Of a DNA stretch of 64,000 nt, positions 48,852 to 58,619 are shown one piece after another (the stretch's first letter is position 1; each line of letters begins with the position of its first letter). The stretch is from Deltaproteobacteria bacterium. GTDB taxonomy: Bacteria > Myxococcota_A > Polyangia > Polyangiales > Houyiibacteriaceae. Below the pieces are notes generated by a model, which made no database searches, was not told the DNA's origin, and saw nothing but the letters and a program-made list of their open reading frames with translations. Made by a program: the position numbers and the translations under genes. The stretch lies in assembly GCA_034670305.1 (NCBI GenBank), contig JAXMNT010000010.1, forward strand, positions 96,001 through 160,000, written 5' to 3'.

Positions 48852-50366
48852 CTACGACCTGCTGCAGGCCACCATCGGAAGACCGTTCTTCGGGCGCAGG
48901 GTGATCACCGGCTCCGGTTCCACCGGGTGGCCTGGAATCAAATCGAGACGCCACTTCCGCACGATGGTCGCGAGCACGAGCTGCATCTCCATCATGGCGA
49001 AGTGGTTGCCGATGCAGAGGCGCGGTCCACCGCCGAACGGAAAGTAGGCGAAGCGGTGACGGCCTTCGGAGCGGGCCTTGGAGAAGCGTCCCGGATCGAA
49101 TCCTTCAGGGTCCTCCCAGTGGTCCGGGTGCCGATGCACGATCCACGGGCTGGTGAAGATCAGGCTGCGCGCCGGCATGAAGTAGCCGCCGAGCGTGGTG
49201 TCCTCGAGCGGTGATCGCGTCGTCATCCAGGCCGGCGGGTACAGCCGCATGGCTTCCTGCATGACCTGCTTGGTGAACTCGAGCTTCGGCACATCGGCCA
49301 CCGTCGCGCGGCGGTCGCCGAGCACCGAATGCACTTCGGCCGCCAGCTCACGCGCCACCGACGGGCTCTTGCTCAGAAGGTAGAGCGCCCAGCTCAGTGC
49401 GTTCGCGGTGGTCTCGTGGCCAGCGAGGAACATCGTCATGACTTCGTCGCGCAGCTGCATGTCGTCCATGCGTTCGCCGGTGTCGAGGTCTTCGGCTTCC
49501 ATGAACATGGCCAGAAGATCGTCCTTGGGCGGTTTGCCTTCGGACCGGTCGCGGCGGCGTTCCGCGATCATGTTGAGCACGATCCGGTCGAGCGTCGCCA
49601 TGGCGCGCTGGAACTGCAGATTGCGTGGGGTGGGCATGGGCGGACCGATGTCGACCAAGCGGTTCACCCGCATGTTGACGTCCTCGACGATCACCGAGAC
49701 CGCCTTGCCCACCGCCTCCGCATCCTTGGTCACATCGGTGCTGAGCAGTGTCTCTCCGACGATGCGCAGGGTGACCTTCATCATCTCTTGGTGTGCGTCG
49801 ATCGGCATGCCGTCGCGCCACGAACCGACCATGTCTTCGGCTGCGTCGACCATGCGTTCTGCGAAACTCGCGAGCCGACGTTTGGCAAACGCTGGCTGTG
49901 CGATGCGCCGTTGTCGCAGCCAGAACTCTCCCTCGCTCGTCAGCAGCCCACGCCCGAGCACCAAGCGAAGTTTGTGTACGCCGCGGGTGGCCTTGCCGAA
50001 CTCGCGGTTGCGCTTGTGGAAGACCTCTTCGACCAGCGCCGGGTCGGCGACGATGTGCGCGTTGATCGACCCGAAGCGCAGTCGAACCACGTCTCCATGC
50101 TCCTGGCGCATCGCGAGGATCGCCCGCAACCGATCGGTGCCGCTCGAGAACTGCTTCAAGTGTCCGAGGAACGGAAGCGCGCCCGGTGGGGTCGGGGCCA
50201 GCCGCGCGCCCGGCGGCGGGCGGAGCGACCCACGCATCGCGTGATCGAGCGACTCGATGCCCCGATGGCCAGAGGGCACCTTCGACATCCGCGCCCGCTC
50301 GAGGGCCATCTCACGGGCTCGGGAGTCGCCGGCGAAGGGAGCAAGGAGGGAAGGAGCGCGCTGCAT
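48852..50366 (-). CDS. Cytochrome P450
   Basis: 'AGHETT', 'EAMRLYPP' (ExxR), 'FDPGRF' and 'FGGGPRLCIG'. Start uncertain (50366/50309/50237). Confidence 0.95.
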   Translation of the reverse strand: MQRAPSLLAPFAGDSRAREMALERARMSKVPSGHRGIESLDHAMRGSLRPPPGARLAPTPPGALPFLGHLKQFSSGTDRLRAILAMRQEHGDVVRLRFGSINAHIVADPALVEEVFHKRNREFGKATRGVHKLRLVLGRGLLTSEGEFWLRQRRIAQPAFAKRRLASFAERMVDAAEDMVGSWRDGMPIDAHQEMMKVTLRIVGETLLSTDVTKDAEAVGKAVSVIVEDVNMRVNRLVDIGPPMPTPRNLQFQRAMATLDRIVLNMIAERRRDRSEGKPPKDDLLAMFMEAEDLDTGERMDDMQLRDEVMTMFLAGHETTANALSWALYLLSKSPSVARELAAEVHSVLGDRRATVADVPKLEFTKQVMQEAMRLYPPAWMTTRSPLEDTTLGGYFMPARSLIFTSPWIVHRHPDHWEDPEGFDPGRFSKARSEGRHRFAYFPFGGGPRLCIGNHFAMMEMQLVLATIVRKWRLDLIPGHPVEPEPVITLRPKNGLPMVACSRS

Positions 50367-50395
50367 GGGATGGCCTCAGAGGGGAGCGAAGGGGG

Positions 50396-50438
50396 TTGAC
50401 GTGGGTCCAAATGAGAATCAGAATCGGATTCTGGTTCT
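50396..50438 (+). promoter_or_regulatory. sigma70-like promoter (TTGACG-17-CAGAAT) overlapped by a palindromic operator, putative TetR site
   Basis: AGAATCAGAATC-G-GATTCTGGTTCT (50414-50438), one mismatch, between the divergent P450 and tetR. Confidence 0.65.
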
Positions 50439-50443
50439 GAATC

Positions 50444-51193
50444 ATGGATCTCAAACCCACCGCTGGCAAGACCCGAGTACAAAAGAGCTCGGTGCGCAGT
50501 CCAGGACAGAAGAATAGGGACGCCACAGAGCGCTCTAGGTCCACCAAGGGGTCGGCCAAGGACGGCTCGCTCGACTCGGTGTCGACGCCGAAGCAGGCCC
50601 GCAGCGAAGAGACGCTGACCAAGATCTTGGATGCCGCAGAGACACTCATCCTCGAGCGAGGTCTCGCCGGGGTGAGCGTGCAGGACATCGTGCGCGCCGC
50701 GGGGTCGTCGGTGGGCGGGTTCTACGGGCGGTTTCGCGACAAGGGCGAGCTGCTCTTGGCGCTGCACGAGCGACGCCAGCGCGACGTGCAGGAACGCATC
50801 AGCGACTTGTTGGACTCGGAGTTGCTCGCGAAGGCGAGCGCGCGGGAGGTCGTGCGCGCGTGCGTGAAGATGTTGGTGGCGGAGACAGCGTCGCGGCACC
50901 GCATGCAGGCCGCGTTTCTTCAGGCGGTGGTCGATCAGCCGGAACGGTGGCTCACTGGGATCCAGTACCGGCAGCGCTTGGTTGCGATGGTCACCGAGAT
51001 CCTGCTCGCGCGCCGGGATCAAATCGGCCACCCGGAACCGGAGCGCGCGGTGCCCTTCGCGGTCCAGGCGGCGCTCTCGCTCATGGACCAGCGCGCGCTC
51101 TTCGGCGACGTGGACGACACCTGGCACACCGTGCGAGACGCCCTCGCCCCCGAACTCGAACGGCTGGTCTGCGCGTACTTGGGTTTGAGCTGA
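50444..51193 (+). CDS. TetR/AcrR family regulator
   Basis: 'ILDAAETLI...GLAGVSVQDIVRAAGSSVGGFYGRFRDK' HTH. Confidence 0.92.
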   Translation: MDLKPTAGKTRVQKSSVRSPGQKNRDATERSRSTKGSAKDGSLDSVSTPKQARSEETLTKILDAAETLILERGLAGVSVQDIVRAAGSSVGGFYGRFRDKGELLLALHERRQRDVQERISDLLDSELLAKASAREVVRACVKMLVAETASRHRMQAAFLQAVVDQPERWLTGIQYRQRLVAMVTEILLARRDQIGHPEPERAVPFAVQAALSLMDQRALFGDVDDTWHTVRDALAPELERLVCAYLGLS

Positions 51194-51221
51194 GCGCACG
51201 GTTCGGCTGAATCGGACCCGT

Positions 51222-51638
51222 CGCCGAATCCGCTTCCGAAGCCGACGGCGAAGCCGACGCCGAAGCCGACGCCGAAGCCGACGCCGACGCCGACGCCGAC
51301 GCCGAAGCCGACGCCGACGCCGACGCCGACGCCGCTTCCGAAGCCGACGCCGAAGCCGACGCCGACGCCGCTTCCGAAGCCGACGCCGAAGCCGACGCCG
51401 ACGCCGAAGCCGACGCCGAAACCGACGCCGACGCCGAAGCCGAAGCCGACGCCGAAGCCGACGCCGACGCCGCTTCCGAAGCCGACACCGCTTCCGCTTC
51501 CGACGCGTCCGGTTCCGGTTCCGCTTCCGGCTTCCGCTTCCGGTTCCGGTTCCGGTTCCGGTTCCGCTTTCGGTTCCGGTTCCGCTTCCGGTTCCGGTTC
51601 CGGTTCCGCTTCCGACGCCGCTTCCGCTTCCGCTTCCG
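51222..51638. repeat. Bipartite hexamer tract (GCCGAC/GCCGAA)n then (GGTTCC/CGCTTC)n
   Basis: Read directly. Confidence 0.95.
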
Positions 51639-51691
51639 TTGCTGAAATGGCCGGCCGTGGCGTGCGGCGGGGTTTTGCTGCAACGTGAGGG

Positions 51692-52765
51692 GTGCTCTCG
51701 ACGCTTGCCCACCCGACCCTGCTCGCACCGATGGAGGGGATCTCCCATCCGGCGTTCCGTGCACGCGTCGCGGCGCTCGGGGGCGTGGGTCTGGTGTGCA
51801 CCGAGTTCGTACGCGTCTCGCGCGCGCCGTTGAGCCACGAGGCGCTCCGCCGGGAAGTCGTTCGTGCGCCAGGCGTGCCGTTGAGTGTCCAGGTCATGGG
51901 CAACGACGCCGACAAGATGGCCGACGCAGCCGGGTGCATCTCCATCGCCGGTGCGGACGTCGTCGACATCAACCTCGGGTGCCCGATGCCGCGGGTGGTC
52001 CGCAAGGGCGTGGGCGCGGCGATGTTGAAGGACCCGGTGCTCCTCTACGAGGTGGTCTCCGCGATGCGGGCTCAGGTCGGTGGCGCGTTGAGCGCCAAGA
52101 TCCGGGCTGGCTTCGACGACGCCGACCGTGTCGTCGAGATCGCACGCGTGGTCGAGAAGGCGGGCGTCGACTTCATCGCGGTTCACCCACGCCGCCGCAA
52201 AGACTTCTACCTCGGGGTCGCGGACTGGCGCATCGTCCGCACCCTGGTCGACGCGCTCGATGTGCCCGTCGTCGGCAACGGCGACGTCTGGTACGCGGCG
52301 GACATCCTGCGGATGCAAGAAGAGACCGGCTGCGCGGCGGTGATGGTCGGCCGACCGGCGATCCGCAACCCATGGATCTTCGCCCAGGCCGCAGCGCTCG
52401 CCGAGGGCCGAGCCCCGGTGGAGGTCTCGGGACGCGACGTGGTCGGGTGGCTGGAAGCGCTCGCGGGAGATTTCCGAGGCGCGCGCAAAAGCAACGGTCG
52501 GCGCGGCAAGAACAAACGCAAAGGCAACCTCGCCGGCAAGCTCAAGGAGATGCTGAGCTTCCTCGCGCGCGCGGTGCCGGATGGAGGCGTATTCAAGACG
52601 GCCGTGCTGCGCGCGCCCGATGCGGAGGCCGTGCTCGAGGTGTGCGAGGCCATGCTCGGACCCCTCGCACCGGTGGAGCTCGATCTCGACGCCCACGGCC
52701 GGCACGCGCTCGAGCACAGCGGCTCGGTCGAAATCGACGACCGTCCGATCGCCGAAGCGAGCTGA
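51692..52765 (+). CDS. dus: tRNA-dihydrouridine synthase family protein
   Basis: 'LAPMEG', 'DINLGCP', 'KIRAG', 'AVHPR', 'GNGDV' and 'VMVGR'. Confidence 0.88.
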   Translation: MLSTLAHPTLLAPMEGISHPAFRARVAALGGVGLVCTEFVRVSRAPLSHEALRREVVRAPGVPLSVQVMGNDADKMADAAGCISIAGADVVDINLGCPMPRVVRKGVGAAMLKDPVLLYEVVSAMRAQVGGALSAKIRAGFDDADRVVEIARVVEKAGVDFIAVHPRRRKDFYLGVADWRIVRTLVDALDVPVVGNGDVWYAADILRMQEETGCAAVMVGRPAIRNPWIFAQAAALAEGRAPVEVSGRDVVGWLEALAGDFRGARKSNGRRGKNKRKGNLAGKLKEMLSFLARAVPDGGVFKTAVLRAPDAEAVLEVCEAMLGPLAPVELDLDAHGRHALEHSGSVEIDDRPIAEAS

Positions 52766-52775
52766 ACGGGTCGGG

Positions 52776-53636
52776 CTACGACGTCTGTTCGGCTGAACGC
52801 GGCGGCGGGCTGAGGGCGACGAGCGTGCCGCAGCCGCCGTTGGCTTCGAGCCGGGCCGCCGAACTCATGCGCACTACCAGCCCCTGGGCGCGCAGTCGTT
52901 CGTACGCCGCTTCGTAGCGTGCCCGCGAGACCGGCTTCTGGCTGGAGGTGCGGACCGGGTTGTACGCGAACAGGTGCACCGCCACCCCGAGCGGCACCGC
53001 CCGCGCCGCGAACGCGTCGAGCTCGGAATCCTCCGCGCTCACGCCTTGCATCATCAGGTACGCGAGCGCGACCTTCTTGCGGCGTTTGCGCGTCAAGGTC
53101 GGCAGTACCGACTCGAGCAACCCGAAGAGGGGCTCGAGCGCCGGCCCGTGCGGCACGAGTTGTTTTCGCACCGCTTCGGTGCCGGCGTGCACGCTGAGGG
53201 TGATGCCGTTGTGCGGCACCGTCTCGAGCCAAGTGCGCAACCTGGGCAGCGGCCCGCCCGACGTCGTGAGGCTTGCCTTCAGGTTCTGTTTGCACGCCCA
53301 CTCCACGAACCGAGTGGTCACCGCGTGGTTGTGCAGGGGCTCCCCGATGCCCGAGAGGGTGAGCCGCTGCAGCGGGTGGCGCGCGTGCACCAATCGAACG
53401 GTGTCCGTCATCTCCCCGAGCGTGAGCTGGCGGCCGAGGCCCTTGGCGCCCGAGGCACAGAAGGGACATCCCACCGCGCAGCCGACTTGAGTCGACACAC
53501 AGAGCGTGTCCCCTCGGTAGAGCACCGCTTCGACGCGGGATCCGTCGTTGAGTCGGATGCCGAACCGCCGGTTCTGTTCACCGACCTCCTCGGACTCGAT
53601 GCGCGCTTCGAGCGGCCGGTCGCGGGGCAAGTCCAC
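52776..53636 (-). CDS. Short RlmN/Cfr-like radical SAM methyltransferase
   Basis: 'TLCVSTQVGCAVGCPFC', 'SGIGEPL', 'LSVHA' and C-terminal 'GGCGTL'. Confidence 0.85.
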   Translation of the reverse strand: MDLPRDRPLEARIESEEVGEQNRRFGIRLNDGSRVEAVLYRGDTLCVSTQVGCAVGCPFCASGAKGLGRQLTLGEMTDTVRLVHARHPLQRLTLSGIGEPLHNHAVTTRFVEWACKQNLKASLTTSGGPLPRLRTWLETVPHNGITLSVHAGTEAVRKQLVPHGPALEPLFGLLESVLPTLTRKRRKKVALAYLMMQGVSAEDSELDAFAARAVPLGVAVHLFAYNPVRTSSQKPVSRARYEAAYERLRAQGLVVRMSSAARLEANGGCGTLVALSPPPRSAEQTS

Positions 53637-53692
53637 AACGCGTACCTATCACGGAATGGGGGTCCGGTTCTCACGTGTTGGCGCACGACCTC

Positions 53693-54331
53693 ATGCGTGT
53701 CCGATCCCTCGTGCTGGCGTCCGCCTTCGCCGTGTCCCTGCTCTTCGCGCGAATGCTGTGGACCCAGACGTTCCTGTTCGCGTTTCTGCTCTGGAACCTC
53801 TTTCTCGCCTGGATGCCAGTGCTCATCGCGTGGCCCGAGCGCCGCGAGATCGCGACTGCCAAACGGCTCCCTCGAAGCTTCTGGGCGCGTGCGATCGCGT
53901 GGCTCTTGTTCTTCCCGAACGCTCCCTATCTGGTGACGGACTTCGCCCATCTCGGCAGCCACCGCGTGCCGCGCCAGGTGGACGTCGCGCTCCTGGCGTC
54001 GTTTGCGTGGGCGGGGCTGCTCGCTGGCTGTTTGTCCCTGCACTGGATCCATGGCCGCATCCGCGCCCACCACGGTCTGTGGCCCGGCCGGCTGTTCGTG
54101 TTGGCGGCGTGCGGACTGGCCGGCTTCGGGATCGCACTCGGCCGACAGCTCCGTTTCAACAGCTGGGACATCGTGACCGATCCCTTGCCGCTGCTCCGGG
54201 CGATCGCCGGGCTCTTTCTGCAACCCCGGCTCCACTTCGAGTCCTGGTCGGTGGCGGTGCTCTTCGGCGCCCTGCTCTGGGTGGTCTACCTGGGCGTCGC
54301 GCAGCCCAGATCGCTCGTGCGTTCGTCCTAG
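53693..54331 (+). CDS. DUF1361 membrane protein
   Basis: 'WNLFLAW.P', 'WLLFFPNAPYLVTD' and 'LGR.LRFNSWD'. Confidence 0.85.
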   Translation: MRVRSLVLASAFAVSLLFARMLWTQTFLFAFLLWNLFLAWMPVLIAWPERREIATAKRLPRSFWARAIAWLLFFPNAPYLVTDFAHLGSHRVPRQVDVALLASFAWAGLLAGCLSLHWIHGRIRAHHGLWPGRLFVLAACGLAGFGIALGRQLRFNSWDIVTDPLPLLRAIAGLFLQPRLHFESWSVAVLFGALLWVVYLGVAQPRSLVRSS

Positions 54332-54444
54332 AGCGCTCTGGAGCGTCGGTATGGATCGGGTGGCAAGACGGGCCCGGAAGAAGTGCTAAGGTCGCCGCCC
54401 TGCCGGCCGGCCGTTCGTGGAGCCGTCCGACACACGGAGGACCT

Positions 54445-56235
54445 ATGAGCGAGTTCAAGCCGCGCTTCGCAAACCTGGTGGAGATCTTCGAACACGCCAC
54501 CGGCGCGTTCGCGGAGCGGCCCCTCTTCGGCGTGAAGAAGAACGGCGCGTGGAACTGGATGACCTACGGGACGTTCCGGACCCAGACCGACGCGATCCGA
54601 GGCGCACTCGCGGGCATGGACATCGGACCGGGCGACGTCGTTGCCGTCATCTCGAACAACCGCCCCGAGTGGGCGATCGCCGCGTACGCCACCTACGGGC
54701 GCGCTGCGTCCTACGTACCGATGTACGAGAACATGCTCCCGAAAGACTGGGAGTTCATTCTCTCGGACTGCAAAGCCAAGGTGCTCTTCGTCGCGAACGC
54801 CGAAGTCGCCACGAAGCTGGCCACCGTCCGTGCCCAGCTGCCCGACCTGAAGACCGTGGTGGTGATGGATGGAGATCCACCGGGGGACGAGATCCGCTTC
54901 GCCGACCTGCTCGCCACCGAACCGGTGCCGCTCGAGACGCCCGACACGAAAGCGATCGCGGGGTTCATCTACACCTCGGGCACGACCGGCAAACCCAAGG
55001 GTGTGCTGCTCACCCACGCGAACCTCGCGAGCAACGTGTCGGCGATTCACGAGTTCTTCCCGATGACGCCCGAAGACCGCTCGCTGAGCTTCCTGCCGTG
55101 GGCCCACAGCTTCGGGCAGACGTGCGAACTCCACGGGCTCTTCTCGATGGGCGCCTCGATGGGCATCGCCGAAGCGGTCGACAAGATCGTCGCGAACCTC
55201 TCCGAAGTGCAGCCCACCCTGCTCTTCAGCGTGCCGCGCATCTTCAACCGCATCTACGACGGCCTGCACAAACGCATGGCCGAAGAAGGCGGCTACAAAC
55301 TCGCGATGTTCAACGCGGCCGTGAAGAATGCGGACTACCGCAAGGACCTCGCCGACAGCCGCAAGCGGAGCGGCTGGGCGGATTTCAAACACGGCATCTT
55401 CGACAAGCTCGTGTTCTCCAAAGTGCGCGACCGTTTCGGCGGCCGGCTCAAGTACGCGTTCAGCGGCGGCGCCGCGCTCAGCAAGGACGTCGCCCAGTTC
55501 ATCGACAACCTCGGCATCATGGTTTACGAGGGCTACGGCCTGACCGAGACCTCGCCCATCGCCACCGCCAACAGTCCGAGCGGGCGCAAGATCGGGTCGA
55601 TCGGCAAACCGATCCCGGGCGTGCGGATCGAAATCGATCGCGAAGTCACCGGCGACCCGAAGCACGGCGAGATCATCGTGTTCGGTCACAACGTCATGCA
55701 GGGCTACCACGGGCTCGACGAAGAGAACGCGAAGGTGTTCGTCGAACGCGATGGAGAACGTGGCTTCCGCACCGGCGACATGGGCTACGTGGACGGAGAC
55801 GGATTCGTCTACATCAGCGGCCGCATCAAGGAGCAGTACAAGCTGCTCAACGGCAAGTACGTCGTGCCGACGCCGCTCGAGGAGAAGATCAAACTCTCCC
55901 GGTTCATCAGCAACGTCATGGTCTACGGCATGAACCAGAACTTCAACGTCGCGGTCGTCATCCCGGACATGGAGTCCCTCGGCGCATGGGCGGCCGAGAA
56001 GGGACTCCCGACCGACCTGAAGAGCCTCGCGGACAACGCAGACGTGAAGCAGCTCCTGCAGGCCGAGATCGACGAGCTCTCCGCAGAGTTCAAGCAGTAC
56101 GAGAAGGTCCGGAAGTTCGCCATCGGCGACGAAGACTTCACGCCCGAGAACGGCATGCTGACACCGACCCTGAAGCTCAAACGCCGCATCGTGCTCCAGC
56201 ACTACCAGCCGGTCATCGACGCCCTCTACGCGTAG
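54445..56235 (+). CDS. fadD: Long-chain fatty acid--CoA ligase
   Basis: 'YTSGTTGKPKGV', 'EGYGLTET', 'FRTGD' and 'LTPTLK'; GGAGG SD. Confidence 0.92.
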   Translation: MSEFKPRFANLVEIFEHATGAFAERPLFGVKKNGAWNWMTYGTFRTQTDAIRGALAGMDIGPGDVVAVISNNRPEWAIAAYATYGRAASYVPMYENMLPKDWEFILSDCKAKVLFVANAEVATKLATVRAQLPDLKTVVVMDGDPPGDEIRFADLLATEPVPLETPDTKAIAGFIYTSGTTGKPKGVLLTHANLASNVSAIHEFFPMTPEDRSLSFLPWAHSFGQTCELHGLFSMGASMGIAEAVDKIVANLSEVQPTLLFSVPRIFNRIYDGLHKRMAEEGGYKLAMFNAAVKNADYRKDLADSRKRSGWADFKHGIFDKLVFSKVRDRFGGRLKYAFSGGAALSKDVAQFIDNLGIMVYEGYGLTETSPIATANSPSGRKIGSIGKPIPGVRIEIDREVTGDPKHGEIIVFGHNVMQGYHGLDEENAKVFVERDGERGFRTGDMGYVDGDGFVYISGRIKEQYKLLNGKYVVPTPLEEKIKLSRFISNVMVYGMNQNFNVAVVIPDMESLGAWAAEKGLPTDLKSLADNADVKQLLQAEIDELSAEFKQYEKVRKFAIGDEDFTPENGMLTPTLKLKRRIVLQHYQPVIDALYA

Positions 56236-56247
56236 TCGAGCTCCGCT

Positions 56248-56514
56248 CTACAGAACGAGTAGGCCGAGGGCTTCGCAGTCGCGGCGGAGCACCGCGCTTG
56301 GCGGGACCTCGCCTAGACCGAGCCGCCTGGACAGCTCGCGCGCCGCCGCTTTGACCTCTAGCCGGGTCGGCACATCGGTCGCGTGCTCGCGCACTTCGCA
56401 CTTGGCGCGGGCCAGCCGCCAGGCCGCAGCTGCGAGGCCGCCGGCTTGGTCGAGCAGGTCCGAATAGCCGCGCTCGGACTGGGTCATCTCCAGGAGCCAC
56501 TCTACCGGTCGCAT
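56248..56514 (-). CDS. Small hypothetical protein
   Basis: 88-aa ORF with GGAGG SD upstream. Confidence 0.6.
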   Translation of the reverse strand: MRPVEWLLEMTQSERGYSDLLDQAGGLAAAAWRLARAKCEVREHATDVPTRLEVKAAARELSRRLGLGEVPPSAVLRRDCEALGLLVL

Positions 56515-56650
56515 GTCTCACCTCCGATCCGGAGAAGCCCGCCCGCCGCCCCGGTCTCACTAAGACGCGGCAAGCGCGCTCGAAAGTCAAAAAAGTGGCG
56601 CACTTCTCTGTTGCTCGCCACGACCCTGACTCGCTTCGCATGCCACGATG

Positions 56651-57130
56651 TCACCGCGCGGGGATGCGGTGGCCGCGGTCGATCTGCGCGACCCCGCGTG
56701 CGTTGCCGATGGGGCTCGTGACGGAGAGTTCGATGCGCCAACTCGACTGGTTCTGCATGGAGGCCGGAAGCTGAAACCCGACGGTGATCGGCACCGACCC
56801 GTGGGCCGGGACCCGGACGACGCGTCGATCGATCGGCCCGCCCGGCCGGTGGTGCACGCCGCGGACCTGCGCCGGGATGCGCATGCCGTTGTCCAGGACG
56901 AGCACCTGATGGACGAACACGTCCACGGCTTCGTCTCCGTCGTTGTGAATGGTGTAGAACGCCGACGCCGGTCCGCCTTGGTGGGTCACCGTCGAGGGCA
57001 GGCCTTCGACCCGCAAGAGGATGGGGCCGGGCACCACGTCGGCCAACGCTTGGCCGCCCCAAAAACCCGCGAACAGGGTCGCGGCGCCAAGGCACAGCGC
57101 GGCCTGCTGGAAGAACGTTCGTCGTCGCAT
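56651..57130 (-). CDS. Secreted hypothetical protein (Ig-like beta domain)
   Basis: 'MRRRTFFQQAALCLG...ALA' signal (possibly Tat), followed by a beta-rich domain. Confidence 0.6.
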   Translation of the reverse strand: MRRRTFFQQAALCLGAATLFAGFWGGQALADVVPGPILLRVEGLPSTVTHQGGPASAFYTIHNDGDEAVDVFVHQVLVLDNGMRIPAQVRGVHHRPGGPIDRRVVRVPAHGSVPITVGFQLPASMQNQSSWRIELSVTSPIGNARGVAQIDRGHRIPAR

Positions 57131-57165
57131 GAAGGTTGGAACCCTGGGTGCGGTCGCGGCTTGGG

Positions 57166-58602
57166 TCACAGTCCGACGCAGACGTATTTGAGCTCGGTCC
57201 ACTCGTCGAGGCCGTGCTTCGAACCCTCGCGCCCGAGCCCGCTCTCCTTGATGCCGCCGAAGGGCGCGACCGTCGTGCTCATCGCGCCGGTGTTCACGCC
57301 GACCATGCCGTACTCGAGCGCTTCGCTCACCCGAGTCACCCGGCCGATGTCGCGGCTGAAGAAGTAGGAGGCGAGACCCATCGGCGTGTCGTTCGCGATT
57401 CGGATCGCTTCCTCTTCGGTGTCGAACTTGGTGAGCCCAGCGACCGGGCCGAAGGTCTCTTCGTTGGCCATCTGCATGTCCATCGTCACGCCTTCGAGCA
57501 GCGTCGGTTGAAAGAACGTGCCGCCCCGTTCGTGCCGTGCTGCGCCGACCCGCACCGTCGCGCCGCACCCGCGCGCGTCTTCGATGTGGGCTTCGACTTT
57601 CTTCAGTCCGCCCTCGTCGATCAGCGGACCTACGTCCGTGCCTTCTTCGATGCCGGCGCCGACCCGGAGGCCTGCGACGCGCGCCGCCATCGCATCGGCG
57701 AACTTCGCGTACACACCGGCCTGCACGAGGATGCGGTTCGCGGCCACGCACACCTGACCGGCGTTGCGGAACTTGGCGACCATCACCCCATCGACCGCCG
57801 CGTCGACGTCCGCGTCGTCGAACACGATGAGCGGCGCGTTGCCGCCGAGCTCGAGGCTGACCTTCTTGATGGTCGACGCGCACTGAGCGAGGAGGATCTT
57901 GCCGACCGCGGTCGAGCCCGTGAAGCTGAGTTTTCGAACCCGCGGATCGCTCGTGAGCACCCCGCCGATCGTGGCGGCGTCTTCGCGCGCCCCCGGCACC
58001 ACGTTGAACACGCCCGCCGGCACGCCCGCTTCGTGGGCGAGCTGCGCGAACGCGAGCGCAGAGAGGGGCGTGGCCTCCGCGGGTTTGAGCACGAAGGTGC
58101 ATCCCGCCGCCAGCGCCGGTGCGAGTTTGCGGGCCGGCATCGCGCTCGGGAAGTTCCACGGGGTGATGCCGGCGGCCGTGCCCACCGCTTGGCGGATCAC
58201 GTGCAGCCGCCGGTCGCGCCACGGAGACGGGATGGTCTCGCCGTACTGGCGCGGCGCTTCGGAGGCGAACCAGTCGAGGAACGACGCCGCGTACCGGATC
58301 TCTCCCCGGGCTTCCCCCAGCGGCTTGCCCTGCTCCCGGGTCAGGAGCGCCGCGAGGTCGTCCTCGTGGCGGTGAAGCAACTGTTCCAGCCGACGCATGA
58401 TCTTGGCGCGCTCGATCGCCGGTGTGCTTCGCCATGCGGGCAGCGCGGCTTCGGCAGCGTCGATCGCTTGGCGTGTGAGCGCTTCGGTCGACCGGGCGAC
58501 CTGCGCCACGACATCACCGGTGGAGGGATCGAACACCGGAAAGGTCTCGTCGGCCGAAACCCAGGACCCGTCGATGAACGCGTTCGTGTTCAGGAGCTTC
58601 AT
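57166..58602 (-). CDS. gabD: NAD(P)-dependent succinate-semialdehyde dehydrogenase
   Basis: 'ITPWNFP', 'SFTGST', 'SLELGGNAP', 'NAGQVC', 'EETFGP' and 'PFGGIKESG'. Confidence 0.9.
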   Translation of the reverse strand: MKLLNTNAFIDGSWVSADETFPVFDPSTGDVVAQVARSTEALTRQAIDAAEAALPAWRSTPAIERAKIMRRLEQLLHRHEDDLAALLTREQGKPLGEARGEIRYAASFLDWFASEAPRQYGETIPSPWRDRRLHVIRQAVGTAAGITPWNFPSAMPARKLAPALAAGCTFVLKPAEATPLSALAFAQLAHEAGVPAGVFNVVPGAREDAATIGGVLTSDPRVRKLSFTGSTAVGKILLAQCASTIKKVSLELGGNAPLIVFDDADVDAAVDGVMVAKFRNAGQVCVAANRILVQAGVYAKFADAMAARVAGLRVGAGIEEGTDVGPLIDEGGLKKVEAHIEDARGCGATVRVGAARHERGGTFFQPTLLEGVTMDMQMANEETFGPVAGLTKFDTEEEAIRIANDTPMGLASYFFSRDIGRVTRVSEALEYGMVGVNTGAMSTTVAPFGGIKESGLGREGSKHGLDEWTELKYVCVGL

Positions 58603-58619
58603 GGCGCGGAGGATACCGC

